The notes beneath the pieces are model-generated. The model ran no database searches and was not told the DNA's origin. It worked only from the letters and a program-made list of their open reading frames with translations. 24,000 nt of DNA. Origin: Burkholderiales bacterium RIFCSPLOWO2_02_FULL_57_36 (GTDB lineage: Bacteria; Pseudomonadota; Gammaproteobacteria; Burkholderiales; Burkholderiaceae_D). Below, in pieces: positions 15,941 to 23,833 of the stretch. The position numbers were made by a program, and so were the translations under genes. The stretch spans positions 15,818 through 39,817 of the forward strand of contig MESE01000038.1 of assembly GCA_001770855.1 (NCBI GenBank). The letters are read 5' to 3'. Numbering within the stretch: the stretch's first letter is position 1; each line of letters starts with the position of its first letter.

Positions 15941-16372
15941 ATGTCGTTGCATATAGTTTGTCCGGAATGCCAGGCGGTCAATCGCGTTCCCGATGAACGT
16001 GCCGGCGAGTCTCCCGATTGCGGACGCTGCCATCGTCCGTTGTTTTCCGGGAAACCGGTCAACCTGAGCGCAACTGATTTCGACCGGCAACTGAATCGCA
16101 GCGACATTCCGCTGCTGGTCGATTTCTGGGCGCCCTGGTGCGGACCCTGCCGCACGATGGCGCCTGCATACGAACAGGCTGCCGCCCAACTGGAGCCGAA
16201 TTTCCGGGTGGCCAAGATCAATACCGAGGAAGAACAATCGCTTGGGGCGCATTATGGGATACGCAGTATTCCGACCTTGGCTTTGTTCTCGCATGGACGG
16301 GAAATTGCGCGCCAGGCCGGCGCCATGGGAGTGGCCGACATCATTCGATGGGCGCGTGCCGCGGCAAAATGA
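15941..16372 (+). CDS. trxC: Thioredoxin 2 (zinc-finger thioredoxin)
   Basis: 143 codons with a gaggag RBS. The N-terminal double CxxC zinc finger (CPECQ...CGRC) followed by the WAPWCGPC active site is the TrxC architecture. Confidence 0.9.
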   Translation: MSLHIVCPECQAVNRVPDERAGESPDCGRCHRPLFSGKPVNLSATDFDRQLNRSDIPLLVDFWAPWCGPCRTMAPAYEQAAAQLEPNFRVAKINTEEEQSLGAHYGIRSIPTLALFSHGREIARQAGAMGVADIIRWARAAAK

Positions 16373-16576
16373 CGCGAAGCTCCCGGACATGCCCGTTTCC
16401 CGTTCGGCTGAACAAGCGATGATTATTTACCGACGAAGTGATGAAATTCAGAACAAAAACATTTGATTTTGCGAGAGATCAAAATCCATCGGATATGCTG
16501 AACTTCCCATGCTCATTGCACGACAAATCGAATATAAAGTAAGGAAACAACTGCCGATTGCAAAAGGAGAATGAAA

Positions 16577-16810
16577 ATGAGATCTACCTTTCATGAAGTT
16601 GAATTGGGTAAGGCTGTTTTACAGAATGCAACGTCGATCGGGACGGAACAACTGATCGTCAAATTGAAGCCAGAGGACCAGTCCGGGATTCAAATCCAGA
16701 TCAAACAGAACACCAACGAGCAAAGCTCCACGGTAAGTTCGATTTCGATTGACCAGCATGGCCTGCAAAAGCTTTTCCTGTGGCTGCGCGAAGAAGGCGC
16801 GGTGCAGTAG
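16577..16810 (+). CDS. Hypothetical small protein (orphan, AT-rich patch)
   Basis: ORF 16571-16810. The ATG at 16577 lies 7 nt after aaggag (16564-16569). I recognise no family. Local composition is visibly more AT-rich than the flanks. Confidence 0.45.
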   Translation: MRSTFHEVELGKAVLQNATSIGTEQLIVKLKPEDQSGIQIQIKQNTNEQSSTVSSISIDQHGLQKLFLWLREEGAVQ

Positions 16811-17012
16811 ATTTCACCCGATTGCCTGCGCGAACTTCGAAGCATGGCGACTGCTTGACGGCGCAAATATCGAGAAAATCATGTGCAGGAATCCGCATGG
16901 ATGGTGCGACTGATTTCTCTTTGAGCAACGCGGCTAAAGCTTGCCGCCGACATTCGACCGGGAACGAACGCTTCCCGGACGCTTAATATGTCCTGCATTT
17001 CAGGAGATGAAT

Positions 17013-17228
17013 ATGGCAGCTGCAACTTATGAAAAAGGAAAATGGAGAGCGGAAGCCAGCTTCGAGGAATTGGCCAGCGGAAAATATCAGGGCATTGTTT
17101 TACTGTTTCATGAAGGCGGTCCTGCCCATGAACAAGTGGTGCACAGGGCCGTTGATGTCTCGGATACGGTAGACGGTGCGCTGGCGGAAGCCAAAATACT
17201 GGCGCGCCATATTTTGAGCGATCTCTAA
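17013..17228 (+). CDS. Hypothetical small protein
   Basis: This is the inner part of ORF 16941-17228. The ATG at 17013 (MAAATYEKGKW...) lies 6 nt after aggag (17002-17006). No recognisable family. Confidence 0.45.
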   Translation: MAAATYEKGKWRAEASFEELASGKYQGIVLLFHEGGPAHEQVVHRAVDVSDTVDGALAEAKILARHILSDL

Positions 17229-17301
17229 ATCCCGGATATTCGCTCTTCTGCGGGCGGCGGACAACTTTCGGGCGAAATTTGATGCCGCCCCGCTCAAACG
17301 T

Positions 17302-18321
17302 TTATCTGCGTTGCGGCAGCTGATGATAAGCCCGTGCGGCTGGAATTTCCTCTTCCGAATACAGCTGGCCTAACAGGGCCTCTATTCTTCCCAGTTTCTG
17401 CTGTTCGCTTAAATTCATTTGCGTGATGATGTTTTTCTGCTGTAAAAATTCCTGCTGCCTTCGCTCCCAGTCCAGTTTCTGGACCTCCATCTCGCCGATG
17501 CTTTTGGCGGCTTCCGCACCGGCATGCCGTTCCCGCAGCTGCTGCACCTGTACCTCCGATGCACCTTGCTGACGCAGCGCCGCAACGCCCTGCTCCATCA
17601 GTAACGCGGATCGCGATGCGTCGAGATCCGAATTGAGATCGGCAGCCCCTTTAGGAAGCGTGTTTTGCAGCACGTCGATTCGCGCCAGCTTTTCCTGCAC
17701 CGTCAATTTCGGGTCCGCCTCCATCATCGCGATCTGGATACCATAGCGGTCTTGCGCCTCTTGCACGGCGAACAGCGCATCGGCCACTGGCGCACCGAGA
17801 TGCTGACGGCGCAGCGCAATCACTTTGTTGAACATATCTTCAGGCGCTATCGTGTTCCCGGCCGCGAAATCGGCACTGAGCGCCATCTCCGCCTTGAAAT
17901 AGCGCATATATCCATCCAGAATACGCGATGCCTGTTGTGCCGCATGCTGCGGCAACCCCGCGATGGCGGATCGCTCAATAGCCTGCAATTCATGCCCTGT
18001 CGCATTCATCGGCAATTCCGAAATCAGCATCTCGAGCCTGACTCTGGTGTCGGCATCGAGAATGAGATTGCCTTTCCCGTCAAGCTTGAACACACCCGTG
18101 TCGGCAACCGCGGATTCGGCACGCGATGCGATCGGCGCCATATACTCGCCCTTGGCAAAGGGATTGGCGTCGACCGTGCCGGAGCCTTGCACCGCGGCCG
18201 ACGCGGAAGGCGGCGCCGGTTCTTCCTGCGGAGATGAACGCATCAGCCAGGCCGCGCCCGCCACGATCACGAGGGCGGCCGTTGCCATCAGAAAACCGTA
18301 TAACAGGCGCTTGTCGTTCAT
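17302..18321 (-). CDS. Lipase-specific foldase (Lif / lipase chaperone family)
   Basis: 339 codons with an N-terminal membrane anchor (LLYGFLMATAALVIVAGAAWLM) and a Pro/Ala-rich linker. A long helical domain aligns by eye along its length with Pseudomonas LipH. Examples: GNLILDADTRVRLEMLISE vs GNLLITRDIRNLFDYFLSA, LTVQEKLARIDVLQNTLP vs LSAEEKAAAIDRLRASLP, and LSEQQKLGRIEALL vs LSEADRRAAIERLA. It is the last gene of the lipase operon. Confidence 0.8.
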   Translation of the reverse strand: MNDKRLLYGFLMATAALVIVAGAAWLMRSSPQEEPAPPSASAAVQGSGTVDANPFAKGEYMAPIASRAESAVADTGVFKLDGKGNLILDADTRVRLEMLISELPMNATGHELQAIERSAIAGLPQHAAQQASRILDGYMRYFKAEMALSADFAAGNTIAPEDMFNKVIALRRQHLGAPVADALFAVQEAQDRYGIQIAMMEADPKLTVQEKLARIDVLQNTLPKGAADLNSDLDASRSALLMEQGVAALRQQGASEVQVQQLRERHAGAEAAKSIGEMEVQKLDWERRQQEFLQQKNIITQMNLSEQQKLGRIEALLGQLYSEEEIPAARAYHQLPQRR

Positions 18322-18354
18322 GTCGCTTGCCTTGATATCCTCATCGTTCCCGAT

Positions 18355-19233
18355 CTATTGCGGCGCAGGCACTTCAACCTTGGCCGCGTGCCTTATCTGC
18401 TGCACACGGGCAGTGACTTTCTCATGCAGGATTTCCTGACGCAGCCAGGTTTGCGCCTGTGCAAACGGCGGCTTGTCCAGAAAACGCGCCCCATGCAGCT
18501 GAATGATATGCCACCCGTACTGCGTCTGCACGGGAATCCGGGAATAGCCATCGGGCTTCAGTGTTTCGATGCCGGCGACAAACGATGGTTCCAGTTGGCT
18601 GGCCATCATCCAGCCGAGCATGCCGTCTTTTTTTGTATTCGCGTCCAGCGTGTGTTTGCGTGCGGCGGCCTGGAATTTTGCGCCCTTGTCGAGTTCCCTG
18701 ATCACGGCTTTGGCTTCCTGCTCGCTATTCAAAAGGATATGACTGACGTGATAGGAGCGCTCCGGTTTTAGCGCGTCGTAACGCACCTTGATTTCTGCCG
18801 GCTCGATCCGGATTTCCGCGATGATGTCGCGCACCAGTTCCTGCTGCAGCAATGTCTTGTATTGCAATTCGGCTTCGGCGGCAATTTCCGGCCGCAGATG
18901 AATACCGCGCTCGCGTGCTTTTTGCGACAGGATTTCCATGCTCAGCAAATCCTCGAACACGACCTTCTGATCGATGACCGGAGCGCCTTTCGGCTTGTTT
19001 GCCGCGCCCTCGTCCGGCGCGTCATAGGGATTGGCAATTTCGGTACGCGCCTTGACCATTCCGTCGAACAGTGCGCGCCGCACCGGCTGGCCGTTAACCG
19101 TGACCAGAATCGTGTCGCCCTTGACTGCTGTCTGCGCCGGTTTCGTTTTGTCGGCGGCATATGTCGGCAGGCTGACCGTGAATAGAACCAGTGCACCGGC
19201 AAGTTGCCTGCGTATTGCGCCGGGGATTTTCAT
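18355..19233 (-). CDS. Secreted PpiC/parvulin-type peptidyl-prolyl cis-trans isomerase
   Basis: 292 codons with a ggagag RBS and a signal peptide (...LFTVSLPTYA/ADK). It has a parvulin domain (YHVSHILLNSEQEAKAVIRELDKGAKFQAAARKHT...GMLGWMMASQLEPSF...YGWHIIQLHG). Confidence 0.85.
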   Translation of the reverse strand: MKIPGAIRRQLAGALVLFTVSLPTYAADKTKPAQTAVKGDTILVTVNGQPVRRALFDGMVKARTEIANPYDAPDEGAANKPKGAPVIDQKVVFEDLLSMEILSQKARERGIHLRPEIAAEAELQYKTLLQQELVRDIIAEIRIEPAEIKVRYDALKPERSYHVSHILLNSEQEAKAVIRELDKGAKFQAAARKHTLDANTKKDGMLGWMMASQLEPSFVAGIETLKPDGYSRIPVQTQYGWHIIQLHGARFLDKPPFAQAQTWLRQEILHEKVTARVQQIRHAAKVEVPAPQ

Positions 19234-19318
19234 ATCGCGACTCTCCAGAAAAACGCCTTGATCGTTAACTGCGCAGCTCGCTGCGAAAATGCGGCATTGT
19301 GCGCAATGGCAAACGGAA

Positions 19319-19356
19319 GCGGAAAGCGGCGACGCAACAGCGCCGCCGCTTTCCGC
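19319..19356 (-). terminator. Strong stem-loop between lipase and PPIase genes (internal terminator/attenuator candidate)
   Basis: GCGGAAAGCGGCG (19319-19331) and CGCCGCTTTCCGC (19344-19356) form a perfect 13-bp stem with a 12-nt loop. It begins 15 nt after the lipase stop. On the transcript it is followed by UUCCGUUUGCC, a modest U-tract. Confidence 0.45.
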
Positions 19357-19371
19357 AGTTACGCGCAGTTG

Positions 19372-20025
19372 TTATTGCAGACGCTGACGTACCAGGTTGT
19401 ACACGCTCGCATCACTGAGCAGACCGAGGTGGCTGACGTTGGCGGTTTGAGTGCTCCATCCGCATTGGGCGTTCGCCGCCGGAATCACGATGCCGTCAGT
19501 TGCGGACCACAGGGAACGATCGCATCCTTGACCCGCCAGTTCATTGATGAACGAAGAACCGTAGCGCATGTCGAAGCAAGCCGGCGAAACGCATCCATAG
19601 GCCCACGATGTACCTTTATGCGGAGTACCCAGGGTCACAAAGCGGCGCATTTTTGCGGCACCGCCCAGCTTGACACGGAACCAGCGCGATACCAGCCCGC
19701 CGTTGGAGTGCGCAACAATGTCGACCAGTGCATTGCCGTTGTTGGAACGCACGGTATTGACATAGCTGCTCAATTGGCTGGCACTGCTCTTATTGCTGTA
19801 CACGAACGAGTTGTAGCTGAAGCGGTACAGCTTGGATGACGGATACCCGCTGGCGGTAAAGCGAGGGACCATGGTATTCCAGTTGAAGTTGCCGCCGGCA
19901 TAACCGTGTATGAACACGATCGGTCCGGTTTGTGCGTTTGCCGCCGCCATCCCTGACAGCGATAAAACCGCTGCGGCCGCGAATGACCAGAATAGTTTTT
20001 TTGTTGTTTGTGCTAATTGATGCAT
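19372..20025 (-). CDS. Secreted minimal triacylglycerol lipase/esterase (lipase class 2, Bacillus LipA-like)
   Basis: 217 codons with an aagaggaga RBS and a signal peptide (...LSGMAAANA/QTG). It aligns by eye with B. subtilis LipA: PIVFIHGYAGGNFNW vs PVVMVHGIGGASFNF; VDIVAHSNGG vs VDIVAHSMGG (AxSxG nucleophile); SATDGIVI vs SSADMIVM (Asp); SHLGLL vs GHIGLL (His). Confidence 0.85.
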   Translation of the reverse strand: MHQLAQTTKKLFWSFAAAAVLSLSGMAAANAQTGPIVFIHGYAGGNFNWNTMVPRFTASGYPSSKLYRFSYNSFVYSNKSSASQLSSYVNTVRSNNGNALVDIVAHSNGGLVSRWFRVKLGGAAKMRRFVTLGTPHKGTSWAYGCVSPACFDMRYGSSFINELAGQGCDRSLWSATDGIVIPAANAQCGWSTQTANVSHLGLLSDASVYNLVRQRLQ

Positions 20026-20497
20026 GTGTGTCTCCTCTTTAAGGATATTTGAATTGGTAGTGTTTTAGTTACGCCTTGTAGACCTCTCTTGCATTCCTGT
20101 GTAGCCTCCTCCTTTCTTGTTTAACAGCAATCTTCTCGTCTTATTGATATGGTGCAACTACTGAACTGAATTACCTCTTGCGAGAATTTTTATACATTGA
20201 CCTTCGACGTTGATCGAAGCTCTCGATATCTCATGCCGTCTCGACGCCCCCTGCATCATCCAGCGTTGCGTGCTACACGTTGCAGCATTCGGGTAGTTGC
20301 AGCTAGAATTAGAACGTTGTAAGAATGTACAGCTGTGTCTTCATGTAGTCATTGACAATGCCAGCCAAGATTTCGAAAGCTTTTGGCAGATTTGGCATAA
20401 AACAAATGCAAGATTTTGGAATAATCATTTTCCATTTCCTCCTTTGACATCCAAAGAGCAAATTGCAATTGCCATTACGGATTCCGCTGGATGACCT

Positions 20498-21526
20498 ATG
20501 TCTCAACTCGCGCCTACCCTTTCATCCGGATTTGTCAATGCGTTCCTGGACGCAGCCGAAGTCGCGCCGGAGAAAAGGGATCCACTGCTCAGCCAAGCGG
20601 GAGTTCCGTCAAGCCTGCTTCAGGACGACGCAGCACGCGTCACGGAAGATCAGTTCGCCACCCTGTATCGTTTGCTTACGGTGAAGCTCGATGACGAGTT
20701 GCCGAATCTGCTGTCTCATCCGCTGCGAAGCGGTGCGATGAAGCTTGCCGGACTAAGCGTTATCGATGCGCCGACAATCGAAGTTGTGCTTAACCGTTTC
20801 TCGCGTTTTCAGCGCTTGATCATTCACGATTTTGAAATGCATTTCGTGCGCGGGGCGGAGCTCAGCGTGCTCGCGATCAAGGAACCTGAATCGGGGCGGC
20901 GCTGCAAGACCATGGGAATCGTAATGATCCTGAAGGTAGTGCACGGACTCACGTCCTGGCTGGTGGGCCGCGAAGTCCCGCTGGTACGCCTCGATTTTGC
21001 ATTTGCACGACCCGCATATGCGGACGAATTCCAGAATCTTTTTCCAGGTCCGGTATTCTTCGACCAGCCATGCAGCCGACTTGTGCTGGAATCCAGGCAG
21101 ATGAACCTGCGCGTGCAGCGCAACGCCGGAGACCTGAGGCAGTTCATGTCGAGGCTGCCGCGCGACTGGATGTTTGTCCGCATGAAGGAGCGGCTGGCCT
21201 CGCATCAAATACGCGAACACCTGCTGCGCCATGGCATGGAAAAAGCGCATGTCGAGCAGGTGGCCAAGGCGTTGAATGTTTCGGTGCGCACCCTGAGCCG
21301 CAGGCTGGAAGATGAAAACACTGTGTTTCAGACAGTCAAGGATGAGGTGCGGCGCGATATCGCGATAGACCGTTTGACCAATTCGGCTGCGCCGATTTCC
21401 ACGATTGCCGCTGAGCTTGGCTTCGGCGACGCATCCTCATTCCACCGCGCGTTCCGCACGTGGACCGGTATGACGCCGAGCGCATACCGTCAGGCAGCGG
21501 ACGAACAGCGGCCGGCCAGCATTTGA
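20498..21526 (+). CDS. AraC family transcriptional regulator (Arabinose_bd-type N-terminal domain)
   Basis: 342 codons. It has a C-terminal dual HTH (VAKALNVSVRTLSRRLEDENTVFQTV...ISTIAAELGFGDASSFHRAFRTWTGMTPSAYR). The N-terminus (SSGFVNAFLDAAEVAPEKRDPLLSQAGV) is typical of this subfamily. It is divergent from the lipase operon. Confidence 0.85.
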   Translation: MSQLAPTLSSGFVNAFLDAAEVAPEKRDPLLSQAGVPSSLLQDDAARVTEDQFATLYRLLTVKLDDELPNLLSHPLRSGAMKLAGLSVIDAPTIEVVLNRFSRFQRLIIHDFEMHFVRGAELSVLAIKEPESGRRCKTMGIVMILKVVHGLTSWLVGREVPLVRLDFAFARPAYADEFQNLFPGPVFFDQPCSRLVLESRQMNLRVQRNAGDLRQFMSRLPRDWMFVRMKERLASHQIREHLLRHGMEKAHVEQVAKALNVSVRTLSRRLEDENTVFQTVKDEVRRDIAIDRLTNSAAPISTIAAELGFGDASSFHRAFRTWTGMTPSAYRQAADEQRPASI

Positions 21527-21538
21527 AATGCCATGCTG

Positions 21539-21570
21539 CTTCCGGCTTGCGGGTGCAAGCCGGAAGTTTG
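21539..21570 (+). terminator. Rho-independent terminator after the AraC gene
   Basis: CTTCCGGCTTGC (21539-21550) and GCAAGCCGGAAG (21555-21566) form a perfect 12-bp stem with a gggt loop, followed by TTTGG. Confidence 0.6.
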
Positions 21571-21626
21571 GACGGCATCGATAGATGCGCGGCAGCATTC
21601 AAATGCATGCGCGCACGCCGTAAAAT

Positions 21627-22202
21627 TTACGCGGCTCCCGGTTTGTAAGCTGCGAAACGTTCATCGATCCTGGTGTCGAACAGGTGATTGGAATAATTGC
21701 TCAAAGTCTTGACCGCAACGGCGAGAACAATGTTCATGATGTGCTTCTCGGTATAGCCGGCGGCGAGAAACGCCGCGGCGCCGACGATCGATGGGCGGCC
21801 GCGGCTTTCCGTCATCTCCACCGCAAACTGAAACAGCGTCGCCAGCTTTTCATCGGGAATCGCATCACCGGTCCGGATCGCATCGAGATCCGGAGCAGGC
21901 ACGTTCGATACCTTGGCGGCCATCATGCTGTGGGCAGCCGTGCAGTACGAACAACCGTTGACCTGGCTGATCGCGAGAAAAACGACCTCCTGTTCCGCCG
22001 ATGAAAATTCCGACTGCCTGCGAAAAAAACCGTAACCATGCAAATAGGTGTCGAGCACCGCAGGCACATTGACCATGTTGGCATACATGTTCGGTATGAA
22101 GCCGATCTGCTTTTGCGCCGCCTGCAAAAGCTTGCCCTGCGCTTCGTCCGCCGTGCTCAAGGCGACCGATGACAATTGCTTCATTACATAGTGATTGGAC
22201 AT
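21627..22202 (-). CDS. Carboxymuconolactone decarboxylase / AhpD-like alkylhydroperoxidase family protein
   Basis: The start is moved to the ATG at 22202 (MSNHYVMKQL...), with ggaga 6 nt upstream. It carries the AhpD-core CxxC-H signature NGCSYCTAAH. Confidence 0.85.
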   Translation of the reverse strand: MSNHYVMKQLSSVALSTADEAQGKLLQAAQKQIGFIPNMYANMVNVPAVLDTYLHGYGFFRRQSEFSSAEQEVVFLAISQVNGCSYCTAAHSMMAAKVSNVPAPDLDAIRTGDAIPDEKLATLFQFAVEMTESRGRPSIVGAAAFLAAGYTEKHIMNIVLAVAVKTLSNYSNHLFDTRIDERFAAYKPGAA

Positions 22203-22341
22203 GCGTATTCTCCATTTCGTTTTGGATTGAAAGGACTGCCACACCGTGCTGCAGTCGTGCAAAACGATCATAGAGTTTTGAATTCACGGGAAATCATCTA
22301 TAGTCCACAATACATATCCTTTCATCCAGCAACGCATTGTC

Positions 22342-23169
22342 ATGGACCAGTTATCCAGCCTTTTACGGCGTTTCAAGCTGAGCGCGCGCGTTTTCCATAC
22401 CGGTGAATTATGTGGGTTAAGCGACTATGGCAAGGAGGGCGACGTCGGCCACCTGCATCTGGTGCGCGCCGGAACGGTAACGGTTCATCACCCCGGCAAT
22501 CCGTCGCTGCATATTGATACACCGACCCTGCTCTTTTATCCGCGCGCATTGAGCCACCGTCTCGTGGTGCCGCCGAATAGCGCCGCCGAAGTTCTTTGTG
22601 CGACGATCGCATTCCAGAACGGCGCACAAAATCCGCTGGCAAGAGCCCTGCCTGATTATCTGCAGATCGCGCTGGATCGATTGGCGGAGTTGGCCCCGAC
22701 ACTGGGACTTTTATTCGATGAAGCATTTCGCAGCCGCAGCGGCAAGCAATTGATTCTCGACAGGTTATGCGATGTATTGGTGGTCCAGGTCATCCGCCAC
22801 GCCATCGAAACCAATCAGGTCGCTACCGGCATGCTGGCGGGAATGGCCGATGCCGGCCTGGCGCATGCGCTCATGAGCATGCACGACGACCCGGCGCAAC
22901 CGTGGAATCTGGAGCAGCTTGCGAAACTCGCCGGTATGTCGCGCAGCAGATTCGCCGCGCGTTTTCATGAGGTTGTCGGAACCACGCCGGCCGATTACTT
23001 GACCGGCTGGCGGATCGTATTGGCGCAAAGTCTGCTTGAAAAAAACAGGCCTGTGAAAACCGTTGCGCTTGACGTCGGCTACGGCAGCCAGCCGGCCTTT
23101 ACCAAGGCGTTCACATCGAGAATCGGCATGTCGCCCCGGGCATGGCTGCAACGCACTCGCAGCGGTTGA
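22342..23169 (+). CDS. AraC family transcriptional regulator (cupin-like N-terminal sensor)
   Basis: 275 codons. The N-terminus (MDQLSSLLRRFKLSARVFHTGELCG...HLHLVRAG) is typical of the AraC cupin_6 subfamily. The C-terminal HTH is LAKLAGMSRSRFAARFHEVVGTTPADYLTGWR...DVGYGSQPAFTKAFTSRIGMSPRAW. It is divergent from the AhpD-like gene. Confidence 0.85.
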   Translation: MDQLSSLLRRFKLSARVFHTGELCGLSDYGKEGDVGHLHLVRAGTVTVHHPGNPSLHIDTPTLLFYPRALSHRLVVPPNSAAEVLCATIAFQNGAQNPLARALPDYLQIALDRLAELAPTLGLLFDEAFRSRSGKQLILDRLCDVLVVQVIRHAIETNQVATGMLAGMADAGLAHALMSMHDDPAQPWNLEQLAKLAGMSRSRFAARFHEVVGTTPADYLTGWRIVLAQSLLEKNRPVKTVALDVGYGSQPAFTKAFTSRIGMSPRAWLQRTRSG

Positions 23170-23191
23170 ACCCCGTGCGGGCCGGCGACAG

Positions 23192-23833
23192 TTACCAGCG
23201 CAGCAGGCGCGGGCCGATCATGGCGCCCGCAAATGCCGGGATGGACATGCCGACCACATACCAGATCGCGATGAACGGCGCTTCCAGTTCAGGGCAATGC
23301 AGGGCATACACCGCGGCGCTTACCGCACCGGCGAGCAATCCCGCAGCACCGCCGGCGAGCGAAAGGCGCGTCGGTGCAAGGCCTTTCATCGCCCAGATCA
23401 CCGCGATGAACACCGGGATGGACAGCAGCGGGATACTGATCAGGCAGAATATCCAGGTATCGCCGAAGACAAGATATTTGCGCTCTTCAGGCGCCGCGCC
23501 GAGCAGTGCAAATATGCCGAGCACCCAAACCACGGCGACCAGCACACCCAGCATTGCAGGCGCACGGCCAAGCCGCGCGCCTGGGCGGGCCAGCCGAGTC
23601 GCCGCATACAACATCGTCACGGCAACCAGTGCCGGAAACATCAGCTTGACCCAGAACATCGGAACCGACAACACCGCGACAATATCCGGCCGCACTCCGA
23701 GCGCCATCGCCATTGCCAGCGTGGTGCCTGCCATGCCCCAGCCGAGCGCCATCGCAAAGCGGCGCCTCGCCGCATCGGGCTCAACCGGGCCGGCGCCCTT
23801 CGCCAGCAGTGTCACCAGTTCATCAGTGTTCAT
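23192..23833 (-). CDS. nrsF: NrsF-family (DUF1109) membrane anti-sigma factor
   Basis: 213 codons. The N-terminus is [19 protein letters not shown], followed by six hydrophobic segments. Its start overlaps the end of an upstream ECF sigma gene. Both the architecture and the pairing match NrsF. Confidence 0.8.
   Translation of the reverse strand: MNTDELVTLLAKGAGPVEPDAARRRFAMALGWGMAGTTLAMAMALGVRPDIVAVLSVPMFWVKLMFPALVAVTMLYAATRLARPGARLGRAPAMLGVLVAVVWVLGIFALLGAAPEERKYLVFGDTWIFCLISIPLLSIPVFIAVIWAMKGLAPTRLSLAGGAAGLLAGAVSAAVYALHCPELEAPFIAIWYVVGMSIPAFAGAMIGPRLLRW

Noticed and set aside
20384-20398. Sigma-54-like TGGCAgatTTGGCAt element
   Set aside because: The GG and GC dinucleotides are 10 nt apart, whereas the TGGCAC-N5-TTGCA consensus requires 12. 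No enhancer-binding protein gene is nearby.
20297-20506. Two mutually antisense 65-codon ORFs inside the AT-rich lipase/AraC intergenic region
   Set aside because: Neither has an RBS. Their composition matches non-coding AT-rich DNA, and they occupy the same bases on opposite strands. The region is better explained as promoter/operator DNA.
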